This document shows, in pieces, positions 47,712 to 55,725 of a DNA stretch of 64,000 bases. The notes under the pieces were generated by a model, which worked only from the letters and a program-made list of their open reading frames with translations, was not told the DNA's origin and made no database searches. This DNA is from an uncultured Chloroflexia bacterium (GTDB taxonomy: Bacteria; Chloroflexota; Limnocylindria; Limnocylindrales; CSP1-4), in NCBI GenBank assembly GCA_963704935.1, contig CAVPIF010000003.1, positions 12,256 to 76,255 of the forward strand, read 5' to 3'. Each line of letters opens with the position of its first letter. Position 1 is the stretch's first letter. The position numbers were made by a program, and so were the translations under genes.

Positions 47712-49664
47712 TCAGGGCACGGGAACGACCGTGAACGTGCCCTTCACGGTGACCTGGAAGATCCCCCCGATCGCCGCTGTCTTGGACACCGTCACCGTCC
47801 CACCGGCAGCGGGCAGTTCGAACTCCATGAGGGCCTCGCCAAACCGCTCCGCATGACCCTCAGCCGGGATGTCCGCACCGCCCGGGTTGCAGCGGACGTG
47901 GACCACGTCCCCTGGGGGCGAGACCGCGCTCACAACCATGCGGATGACGGCCTCGGGCCCGCTGCCGGCGAGCGTTCCGTGCAGGACCTTGATCTCCGCC
48001 ACCTGATCGAGCGGTCCGCTGCAAACGGACGACCTGACGGTTCCCTTGAGGCGGAGCTTGCCCGAGCCGCTCAGGGCGTTGCCCTCAGCCGTGATCCGGA
48101 GGTCGCTGATCTCTGCCGTCAACTTGTTCTCGACGATCGCGAAGACTTCCGTGTCCGTGCCTTTGAAGGTCACGTCCCAGGCAGCGGGCCGTACGGTGAA
48201 CTTGACCATCTTCTTCGCGATCCCGCGGTTCGACACCGTCTCGAAACTGATCTCGCCGACATCGCCGTCGTTGGGTCCTGCCGTGTACTTGACCGTGGCC
48301 GGGGCCGGCTGCTTCTCCCCGAGCGGGTCGATGGCGGCGACGCCGGCGAGCGTCGCGGTCACCGGCTTGTCGAGCTCGTTGCCCTCGAAATGGTGTTTGA
48401 CCTTCGCGACCACGTCGGTGACCGAATCCGGCCCGACATCGCCGCCTTCCGGATCCACGATGAGATCGAGGCACTTCCCCGAGCGCCAGGCCGTCTCCAC
48501 GGCGGTCGCCGTCGCCCACGCGGCGTTGCTCGTCAGATAGAAGAGCAGGTTGAAGGCGTCCTGGCCGTTCGCCTGGGTCGCGCTGTCGACATCGGTCACT
48601 TGCGCGCCGCGACTGGTCAAGCCGCCGCTGGTCCCCGCGATCGTGTAGGCCTCCGCGATCCCGAGGCTGTACCCATGGCGGTCGGTGGCGCCACCCGCCG
48701 TGCGCGACCCGCCCTGGACCGTCTGCTCGCCTCGCGAATCGACCTCGGTCCGATCGACCTCGGCCGCGTCGTTCGAAAACACCCGGATGGCCGCCGCGGA
48801 CGTGGAGTCAAACGATTGGCCGACACTCCCCGCCGCACCGCCGGTCAGGTACGTCTCGGTGGCCGAGAACTCGACCGTGGCCGGGGCGAGCCCGGCGCTG
48901 TCGGGACACGAATCCGCCTCGATCCGCGCCTTGCCGACGCCCTCGATCTTGAACAGCAACGTGCCGTTGGCATCGATGACCTCGCCCGACGTCTTCACGT
49001 CGATCTCGATGGTGACCTTGCTTCCCGACGGCGTGATCTTGACCGAGGTCTTCGTCCTGACCGAGCCCGTCGACGGTCCGATGGCGATCTGGTCGGTCGT
49101 CTCGGTGGCTTGCTCGTAGGGCGCCGTCGCCTCGACGGCCGACTCGACCATCAGCACGGCAGAGACCCACGGTCCGAGGAGCGACATGCCCGGCGGCGGA
49201 GGACCAGCCTCAGCCTGGTGCGAGACAGGAGGTCGACCGCCGTCCGTCGAGGCGAGCTGACCAGCAAGATCCGGCCCAGCCACCGTCGCGACGCCGGCAG
49301 CCGTCAGGAGGTCACGGAGGAGACGATCGGTCTGCGTATCAAGTGCGTCCGCGACGACCTGCGCGTCCGGACCGAGGAGCGTGATCAGGTCGGCGTCGGC
49401 ACGGAACGCGGCGCGGGCGGCGATCTCCGCTCGGGCGAGACCGAGCCCGAGATCCGCGCTCGAGTCGAACGTCCTGGTACCGAGCTCGACGGCTCCGACC
49501 ACCGCCAGTGCCGAAGGATCGGCCAGCGTGGCGGACGGGGTCGCATCGGGCTCGAGCGTCTGGGTCCCCGAGGCGGGAGCGGCAGTCGGACCGCCGCACG
49601 CGACGACGAGCGTTGCGATCAGGAGGACGATCGCCCCTCGGCGCATCGCTCGGCCAACGGTCAT
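47712..49664 (-). CDS. Orphan lipoprotein (650 aa)
   Basis: It has a signal peptide with the lipobox LIATLVVAC-G. The remainder is rich in Thr, Gly, Ala and Val and looks beta-rich. I recognise no domain. G+C looks somewhat lower than in the flanking translation genes. Confidence 0.7.
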   Translation of the reverse strand: MTVGRAMRRGAIVLLIATLVVACGGPTAAPASGTQTLEPDATPSATLADPSALAVVGAVELGTRTFDSSADLGLGLARAEIAARAAFRADADLITLLGPDAQVVADALDTQTDRLLRDLLTAAGVATVAGPDLAGQLASTDGGRPPVSHQAEAGPPPPGMSLLGPWVSAVLMVESAVEATAPYEQATETTDQIAIGPSTGSVRTKTSVKITPSGSKVTIEIDVKTSGEVIDANGTLLFKIEGVGKARIEADSCPDSAGLAPATVEFSATETYLTGGAAGSVGQSFDSTSAAAIRVFSNDAAEVDRTEVDSRGEQTVQGGSRTAGGATDRHGYSLGIAEAYTIAGTSGGLTSRGAQVTDVDSATQANGQDAFNLLFYLTSNAAWATATAVETAWRSGKCLDLIVDPEGGDVGPDSVTDVVAKVKHHFEGNELDKPVTATLAGVAAIDPLGEKQPAPATVKYTAGPNDGDVGEISFETVSNRGIAKKMVKFTVRPAAWDVTFKGTDTEVFAIVENKLTAEISDLRITAEGNALSGSGKLRLKGTVRSSVCSGPLDQVAEIKVLHGTLAGSGPEAVIRMVVSAVSPPGDVVHVRCNPGGADIPAEGHAERFGEALMEFELPAAGGTVTVSKTAAIGGIFQVTVKGTFTVVPVP

Positions 49665-49721
49665 GACGTCTCCCGGGGTCGTCCGACCAAGCGGTAGGAC
49701 GTGTCGCCGAACCCTACCGCG

Positions 49722-51566
49722 TCAGCCCGTGCCGCGAGCAGCCGACTCCGCCGCGATCCGGTCGGCGAATGACTCCCAGGCTTCCGGTTCCTGCTGCTCC
49801 CCCGCTCTCGTGCGCGGGGACGCCGTCCGCGCCTCGATCTCGCGGTCGCCGAGCACGACCATGTACGGGACCTTCTGCTCCTGCGCGGCACGGATCTTGT
49901 ATTGCATCCGGTTGGACGAGCCGTCGACCTCTACCCGCAGGCCGCGCGAGCGCAGCACCTCAGCCAGCTCGCCGGCGGCGTCGAGGTGCCGGTCCGCGAT
50001 CGGGATGACCACGGCCTGGACCGGTGCGATCCACAGCGGGAACGCCCCGGCGAAATGCTCGACGAGGATCCCGATGAACCGCTCGAGCGAGCCGTAGATC
50101 GCCCGGTGGATCGCCATCGGGCGCTGCTCCTTGCCGTCCTCATCGGTGTAGGTCAGGTCGAATCGCTCCGGCAACATCACCAGGTCGATCTGGATCGTCG
50201 CCATCTGCCATTCGCGCGCGAGGGCGTCGTCGATGTAGATGTCGATCTTCGGGGCGTAGAAGGTGCCGTCCTTCGGCTTGAGGTCGTAGCTGATGTCCGC
50301 CGCGGCGAACGCCTCGCGGATCAGCTGCTCGGCCTGCTCCCACAGCGCCGGATCGCCGATCGCCTTGTCGGGTTTCGTGGCGAACACGAAGCGCGGCTCG
50401 AGCCCGAACCAGGAGTACGCCTCGCGGACCTCACCCAGCAGTGCCTCGACCTCTCCGGTCAGCTGATCCGGCCGGACATAGAGATGGGCGTCGTCCTGGA
50501 TGAACTGCCGGACCCGCGTGAGTCCGGACAGCGACCCGGATCGCTCGTTGCGGTGCAGCCGCCCGAACTCCGACAACCGCAGCGGCAGGTCGCGATAGGA
50601 GCGCTTCTTCGAGCGGTAGATGAACGTCGATTCCGGGCAGTTCATCGGCTTGAGGCTGAAGAGCTGCTTCTCGCTTTCGACGATGAACATGTTCTCGGCG
50701 TAGTGGTCCCAGTGCCCCGACTGGCGCCAGAGCCGCTCGTTGACCAGGATCGGGGTGGAGATCTCCTGGTAGCCGCGGCGCTCCTGGAGCTCGCGCATCG
50801 CCGTTTCGAGCGTGCGCCAGATGCGCTGGCCCTTGGGGTGCCAGAAGGCCGATCCGGGCGACACGTCGTGGAACGAGAACAGGTCCAGCGCGACGCCCAG
50901 TCGGCGATGGTCGCGCTTCTTCGCCTCTGCACGGCGCCACAGATAGGCGTCGAGCTCCTCCTGGGTCGCCCAGGCCGTGCCGTAGACCCGCTGGAGCATC
51001 GGACGGGTCTCGTCGCCGCGCCAGTACGCGCCGGCGGTCCCGAGCAGCTTGAATGGCCCGATCTGCCCGGTGCTGGACACGTGCGGGCCGCGGCACAGGT
51101 CGATGAACGGGCCCTGCCGGTAGAAGGTGGTCGGCGGCATCGGCGTACCGTCGCGGGCGGCCACCGCGGCGAGGTCGTCGACGATCTCCACCTTGAACGG
51201 CTGGTCACGCTCCAGGAGGGCGGCCCGGGCCGCTTCCGGCGTCTCCTCGCTGGACTCGAACGGGTGGTCGGCCGCGATCGACGCACGCATCCGCGTCTCG
51301 ATGGCCGGCAGGTCGTCCGGGGTGAGCGCTCGGGGAAGCAGGAAGTCGTAGTAGAAGCCGTCGGCGATCACCGGCCCGATCCCGAGCCTGGTGCCCGGGA
51401 ACAGGTCCAGCACCGCTTCCGCCAGCACGTGCGCCGCGCTGTGGCGCATCGGGCCGTAGGCGTCGCCGGCCGCGCCGTGGTCCATCAGTTCGGTGGCACT
51501 GCCACGTTCGGCGACCTCGGGCAACTCGTCCTCGACGGCGATCACGTCTGCATCGGCCATGTCCAT
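49722..51566 (-). CDS. thrS: Threonine-tRNA ligase lacking the N-terminal TGS domain
   Basis: 614-aa ORF. It carries RHSAAHVLAEAV...GPVIADGFYYDF (editing/SAD region), class II motifs (RDHRRLG, FGRLHRNERSGSLSGLTRVR, QDDAHLY) and an anticodon-binding C-terminus. SD spacing favours the second ATG (51560). Confidence 0.95.
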   Translation of the reverse strand: MDMADADVIAVEDELPEVAERGSATELMDHGAAGDAYGPMRHSAAHVLAEAVLDLFPGTRLGIGPVIADGFYYDFLLPRALTPDDLPAIETRMRASIAADHPFESSEETPEAARAALLERDQPFKVEIVDDLAAVAARDGTPMPPTTFYRQGPFIDLCRGPHVSSTGQIGPFKLLGTAGAYWRGDETRPMLQRVYGTAWATQEELDAYLWRRAEAKKRDHRRLGVALDLFSFHDVSPGSAFWHPKGQRIWRTLETAMRELQERRGYQEISTPILVNERLWRQSGHWDHYAENMFIVESEKQLFSLKPMNCPESTFIYRSKKRSYRDLPLRLSEFGRLHRNERSGSLSGLTRVRQFIQDDAHLYVRPDQLTGEVEALLGEVREAYSWFGLEPRFVFATKPDKAIGDPALWEQAEQLIREAFAAADISYDLKPKDGTFYAPKIDIYIDDALAREWQMATIQIDLVMLPERFDLTYTDEDGKEQRPMAIHRAIYGSLERFIGILVEHFAGAFPLWIAPVQAVVIPIADRHLDAAGELAEVLRSRGLRVEVDGSSNRMQYKIRAAQEQKVPYMVVLGDREIEARTASPRTRAGEQQEPEAWESFADRIAAESAARGTG

Positions 51567-51790
51567 CGACTCCTTCGAGAATCACGAAACCTCTCGTCCG
51601 TCGTCAGGACGAGAGGTCTACTCCCGCGGTCCCACCTGCGTTCGTCGGCCATGGCCGACGCTCTTGTGTGTCGCGCTAACGGGCGACACCCGGATCGGTT
51701 CACCGATCGCTCGCGGGTGGTGCCGGTCCGGGGCGATCGTCGGGCTTCCAGCCTGGGCCCGACTCTCTCGTGATCGCTGGATCGGATCGG
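51567..51790 (-). ncRNA. T-box leader (riboswitch) of thrS
   Basis: On the minus strand, CAGGUGGGACCGCGGGAG (plus-strand 51621-51638) matches the T-box core GGUGGNACCGCG. It is followed by the hairpin CCUCUCGUCC-UGACGAC-GGACGAGAGG (51590-51616), then UUUCGUGAUUCUC, the SD GAAGGAG and the start. An upstream GAGAGA-containing hairpin and a run GGCACCACCCG carrying ACC (Thr) triplets (51714-51724) are present. Stem I looks short and atypical. Confidence 0.55.
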
Positions 51791-51819
51791 TGCGTCCCGC
51801 TCGACGCATTGATTCGCGA

Positions 51820-51869
51820 TGTGGTGGGCGACACTGGACTCGAACCAGTGACCTCTTGCATGTCAAGCA
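51820..51869 (-). repeat. Orphan copy of the 3' half of tRNA-Val (att-like direct repeat)
   Basis: These 50 bp are identical to 52358-52407, covering the anticodon loop through CCA plus 2 nt. Upstream sequence provides no D-arm or acceptor 5' strand, so this is not a tRNA gene. Confidence 0.85.
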
Positions 51870-51999
51870 CGCAGGTCGGTGCCGTGCTCAGATTATGTCC
51901 GGTGTCAATGGTTCGCGCTCAGCGACATCACATGCTCGCTTCAGCGACTGATGCGGTCCTGACGATACGGAGGAGCGTCGTCGTCCGTGTAGTCGATGC

Positions 52000-52143
52000 T
52001 CATTTCGGGCGCCGCACCAGCGCGACGAGCCCGACGATGACGAGTCCTGCGACGGCGAGTCCGAGGACGAGCAGGTGTTGCCCTTGCGTCAGCAGGAGCA
52101 GGCCGATGCCGACCCCGATGCACGCGGCGATGAATAGTCTCAC
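52000..52143 (-). CDS. Mini membrane ORF (47 aa) inside the tRNA-flanked islet
   Basis: My translation is (V)RLFIAACIGVGIGLLLLTQGQHLLVLGLAVAGLVIVGLVALVRRPK-stop, with two hydrophobic helices. The GTG start overlaps the stop of the upstream mini ORF (GTGA). It is too short for the ORF track. Confidence 0.3.
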   Translation of the reverse strand: MRLFIAACIGVGIGLLLLTQGQHLLVLGLAVAGLVIVGLVALVRRPK

Positions 52144-52262
52144 CGTCGCACCAGCGCGTCCACGACGAGGTACACGGCCAGTAGGCTCGCCAGTGCGACG
52201 CCAAGCCAGGCCAAGTGGGGCCCGGATGCGACACAGGCCCCGGCAAGGCCGGCAGGTCGCAT
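52140..52262 (-). CDS. Mini membrane ORF (40 aa) inside the tRNA-flanked islet
   Basis: My translation is MRPAGLAGACVASGPHLAWLGVALASLLAVYLVVDALVRR-stop. There is no convincing SD. Confidence 0.25.
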   Translation of the reverse strand: MRPAGLAGACVASGPHLAWLGVALASLLAVYLVVDALVRR

Positions 52263-52359
52263 GGAGGTCACGGGGTCAGTGTCGTCGCCGCGTCAAGGAG
52301 CCCGACGGCGCTCGGTGCGTCAAAGGTCCGACGGCCGGCATTCCGTCGGCAGGATACTG

Positions 52360-52436
52360 TGGTGGGCGACACTGGACTCGAACCAGTGACCTCTTGCATG
52401 TCAAGCAAGTGCTCTAACCAGCTGAGCTAGCCGCCC
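52360..52436 (-). tRNA. tRNA-Val (anticodon GAC), CCA encoded
   Basis: The reverse complement is GGGCGGCTAGCTCAGCTGGTTAGAGCACTTGCTTGACATGCAAGAGGTCACTGGTTCGAGTCCAGTGTCGCCCACCA. It folds as a cloverleaf with acceptor GGGCGGC/GTCGCCC, anticodon stem CTTGC/GCAAG, loop TTGACAT, and T-arm ACTGG-TTCGAGT-CCAGT. Confidence 0.93.
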
Positions 52437-52624
52437 GAGTCGCCGGTCCCTGCTTCGTCGTGACCCGTTGACCGTTGGCTCACGGGGTGTTCCACGTCCC
52501 GCGACAGTCCTCGAGCCCCAACGACATCGTCGCCGACGGCCCGGGAATGCTACCAGAGGGTGCCGGGGCGCGACAATGACCGAGGTCCTCGACCGGGGGC
52601 GACGCGTTCGGCCATGATGGGGGC

Positions 52625-53476
52625 GTGGACGACTACGAGCTGCTCGACGCCGGGGGCGGCGCCCGCCTGGAACGGTTCGGCGACCACGTCGTGGATCGCC
52701 CCCACGGCGGAGCCCTGGCGGACCGCCGGGCGCCGTCCCGCTGGAGCGACGCGGACGTGCGGTTCGATCGCGACGACGGCTGGAGCGGACCCGCGCTGGC
52801 CCACGCCCAAGCCGGCTGGACGGTGCGGCTCGCGGACGTGCTGATGGAGTTGCGCCCCACCGATGCGGGTCAGGTCGGCCTGTTCCCGGAGCATGCCCAG
52901 CGACTCGGCTGGCTCGCCGACCGGGTCGCGGCCCGCACTCACAGTGGGGACGGCGTCGAGGTTCTCAACCTGTTCGCCTATACCGGCCTCGCCACGCTTG
53001 CACTGGCCCGCGCCGGAGCGAGGCTCACCCACGTCGACTCGGCCCGACCGTCCGTGGCCTGGGCACGGCGGAACGCGACCCTGAACGGGCTGCAGGGATC
53101 CCCGATCCGCTGGATCGTCGATGACGCCCGAGCCTATGCGCGTCGCGAGGCCCGCCGGGGGCGGCGCTACACCGGGATCGTGCTCGACCCGCCGACCTAC
53201 GGGCACGGGATCGGAGGGGCCGCCCCGTGGCGTCTCGAGGCCGACCTGTCCGACCTGCTGCGAACGGCCGCGACACTCCTGACTCCGGACGGCTTCCTGC
53301 TCCTGACGGCACATGCGGAAGGATCCGGGCCGGAACGCCTGGCGGAACTCGTGGCAGCCGAGTTCCGGGTGCCGCCGGCCGTCCGGCTGGATGCGCTGGA
53401 TCTCGAGATGACCGCCGTGAGCGGAGCGATCCTGCGGCTGGGGACGTGCGTGACCCTGGATCGGCGTCCCGCATGA
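52625..53476 (+). CDS. Class I SAM-dependent methyltransferase (RlmI/COG1092-like catalytic domain)
   Basis: 283-aa ORF with a GTG start. It carries VLNLFAYTGLATLALA (SAM motif I) and IVLDPPTYG (motif IV). Confidence 0.75.
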   Translation: MDDYELLDAGGGARLERFGDHVVDRPHGGALADRRAPSRWSDADVRFDRDDGWSGPALAHAQAGWTVRLADVLMELRPTDAGQVGLFPEHAQRLGWLADRVAARTHSGDGVEVLNLFAYTGLATLALARAGARLTHVDSARPSVAWARRNATLNGLQGSPIRWIVDDARAYARREARRGRRYTGIVLDPPTYGHGIGGAAPWRLEADLSDLLRTAATLLTPDGFLLLTAHAEGSGPERLAELVAAEFRVPPAVRLDALDLEMTAVSGAILRLGTCVTLDRRPA

Positions 53477-54315
53477 CGGCCGAGCGCCCCGTCCCGGATC
53501 TCGCCAGCCCGTCGAACCCGCGGATCAAGGCGGCCGCGCGCCTGCGCGATCGACGCGAACGCGAATCGACCGGCCTCACCCTCGTCGACGGGGCGCGCGA
53601 GATCCGCCGGGCGCTCGACGCCGGGGTCGACGTGGTCGAGGCCTTCGTCTGCGACCCGATGCTCGCCGGCGCGGACGCGCGCGCGGCCCTGGACGCCATC
53701 GAGGCGCGCGCCGCGAACGGGCTGCCGGTCCACCGGACCACGGCCGCCGCCTTCGCGAAGCTCGCGTTCGGCGAGCGGGCGGAGGGCCTGGTCGCGGTCA
53801 TCCGCCGCCCGTCCTTCGACTTGGCCGACCTGGCGCCGCCGACCGAACCGCTCGTCGTCGTCATCGAGGGCGTCGAGAAGCCCGGCAACGTGGGCGCCGT
53901 CCTGCGCAGCGCCGACGGTGCCGGGGCGGACGCGGTCATCGCCGCGTCGCCGCGGACCGACCTGGCGAACCCGAACGTCATCCGGGCAAGCGCCGGCACC
54001 GTCTTCTCCGTGCCGGTCGCGGTCGCGCCGTCGGCGATCGTGATGGACTGGCTGCGTGGGCGGGGCATCCGCATCCTGGCTGCCCGGGTGGATGCCGCGG
54101 CGCCGTACACCGACGTCGACCTGCGCGGCCCCGTGGCGCTGGTGCTGGGTGCCGAGGACGCGGGGCTCGGTGACGTCTGGTCAGGCGCTGGGATCGAGCC
54201 CATCCGCGTACCGATGCGAGGCATCGCCGACAGCCTCAACGTGTCGGCGACGGCCGCGATCCTGCTGTTCGAGGCTCGGCGGCAACGTGATCGTCACGAT
54301 CGGGACGCAGACTAG
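53473..54315 (+). CDS. TrmH/SpoU-family RNA 2'-O-methyltransferase
   Basis: In ORF 53227..54315 with an ATGA overlap. It carries NPRIKAAARL, VIEGVEKPGNVGAVLRSADGAGAD, and IPMRGIADSLNVSATAAILLFE. Confidence 0.85.
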   Translation: MTAERPVPDLASPSNPRIKAAARLRDRRERESTGLTLVDGAREIRRALDAGVDVVEAFVCDPMLAGADARAALDAIEARAANGLPVHRTTAAAFAKLAFGERAEGLVAVIRRPSFDLADLAPPTEPLVVVIEGVEKPGNVGAVLRSADGAGADAVIAASPRTDLANPNVIRASAGTVFSVPVAVAPSAIVMDWLRGRGIRILAARVDAAAPYTDVDLRGPVALVLGAEDAGLGDVWSGAGIEPIRVPMRGIADSLNVSATAAILLFEARRQRDRHDRDAD

Positions 54316-54319
54316 GCCG

Positions 54320-55711
54320 ATGCCCATCTTCGATCTCATCATCATCGGTGCCGGGCCGGCCGGCGAGGCCGCCGCCCACAAGGCCCGCGAGCTCGGCGCC
54401 TCGGTCGCCGTCATCGACCGTCGATGGTTCGGCGGCAGCTGTCCGCACATCGGCTGCCTGCCGTCCAAGGCGCTCCTCCACAGCGCGGCGGCACACATCG
54501 CCGACCCGCAGGCCTATCCGTGGTCACGGGCGTCGGCCCATCGTGACTACATGGTCAACCGGGCGCCCGATGCGTCCGAACCCGACGACGCCGGCCACGT
54601 CTCGGGCCTCGAACGCGCCGGCGCGTCCGTCTACCGCGGCGAGGCGTCGATCGTCGGCCAGGGACGGGTCACGGTCCGGCACGACGACGCGACGCACGAG
54701 CTCTCGGCGGCCACGATCATCGTCGCCGTCGGCTCCGCCTCCAAGCTCCCGCCGATCCCGGGGCTCGAGGCGATCCCGGTCTGGACCAACGAGCAGGCGA
54801 CCCTGGCGCGGGCACTGCCACGGAGCCTCCTCGTGCTGGGCGGCGGACCGACCGGCTGCGAACTGGCCCAGGTCTATGCGCGGTTCGGGGTCACGACGAC
54901 CATCGTCCAGAGCGGCCCCCGACTGGCACCGACCGATCACCCGCGCAACTCCGAGGTCATCCGCAGCGCACTGGAGCGCGACGGGGTGACCGTCCGGACG
55001 GGGGTTCGCGCCATCGGGGCGCAGGCGGGGGCCGGCGATGACGGGGCCCACGTCGTGGACCTCGACGACGGCTCCACGGCCCAGGGCCACGCCCTCCTCC
55101 TGGCGGTGGGCCGGACGTTCCCGCTCGACGGCCTGGGACTGGAGCACTACGGCCTGGACGGGCCGGCCCCGGCGCCCTATCCGCGCGATGGCCGGCTGCG
55201 GGTGGCCGACGGCCTGTACATCATCGGCGACCCCGCCGGCCCCGAGCTGCACACCCACCAGGGCCATTACCAGGGAGAGCTGGCCGTCCGGATGGCCCTC
55301 GGCGAGGCCGTCAAGCCCGACTACCGGGCCCTGCCGCGGGCCACGTACACGGACCCGGAGGCGGCCTACGTCGGCCTGTCGGTCGACGACGCGCGCGAGG
55401 CCGGGCTGGACGCCTTCGAGCTCGTCGCCGACTACGCCACGAGCGCGAAGGGCTACGCGATCGAGGCACGGCTGGGGCACGTGACGATCGTGATCGACCG
55501 GGCCACCCGCGAGTTGATCGGGGCGGCCCTGGCCTGCCCTGATGCGTCCGCCGCCATCCACGAATGCGTGCTCGCCATCAAGGCCCGGGTCCCGGTCGAC
55601 GTCCTGGCCGAGACGATCCATGCCTTTCCGTCGACGTCGCGGATCCTCAACGGCCTGTTCGCCGACGCGAGACGCGAACTGGACCTCCCGGGCAGCGTCG
55701 TCCGGCCCTGA
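54320..55711 (+). CDS. FAD-dependent pyridine nucleotide-disulfide oxidoreductase (class I)
   Basis: In ORF 54056..55711. It carries DLIIIGAGPAGEAAA, the redox motif GGSCPHIGCLPSK and a second dinucleotide fold, LLVLGGGPTGCELA. The exact substrate class is not assignable. Confidence 0.8.
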   Translation: MPIFDLIIIGAGPAGEAAAHKARELGASVAVIDRRWFGGSCPHIGCLPSKALLHSAAAHIADPQAYPWSRASAHRDYMVNRAPDASEPDDAGHVSGLERAGASVYRGEASIVGQGRVTVRHDDATHELSAATIIVAVGSASKLPPIPGLEAIPVWTNEQATLARALPRSLLVLGGGPTGCELAQVYARFGVTTTIVQSGPRLAPTDHPRNSEVIRSALERDGVTVRTGVRAIGAQAGAGDDGAHVVDLDDGSTAQGHALLLAVGRTFPLDGLGLEHYGLDGPAPAPYPRDGRLRVADGLYIIGDPAGPELHTHQGHYQGELAVRMALGEAVKPDYRALPRATYTDPEAAYVGLSVDDAREAGLDAFELVADYATSAKGYAIEARLGHVTIVIDRATRELIGAALACPDASAAIHECVLAIKARVPVDVLAETIHAFPSTSRILNGLFADARRELDLPGSVVRP

Positions 55712-55725
55712 GGCGACCGCCGCCC

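Noticed and set aside
51820-51900. A second tRNA-Val gene
   Set aside because: Only the 3' 48 nt (plus 2 flanking nt) are present. The upstream sequence cannot form the D-arm or the acceptor 5' strand.
52563-52574. An extra copy of the repeat core (CCGGGGCGCGAC) near the methyltransferase start, as evidence that the 23-mer is dispersed
   Set aside because: A single 12-nt match in 64 kb of very G+C-rich DNA is within chance expectation.
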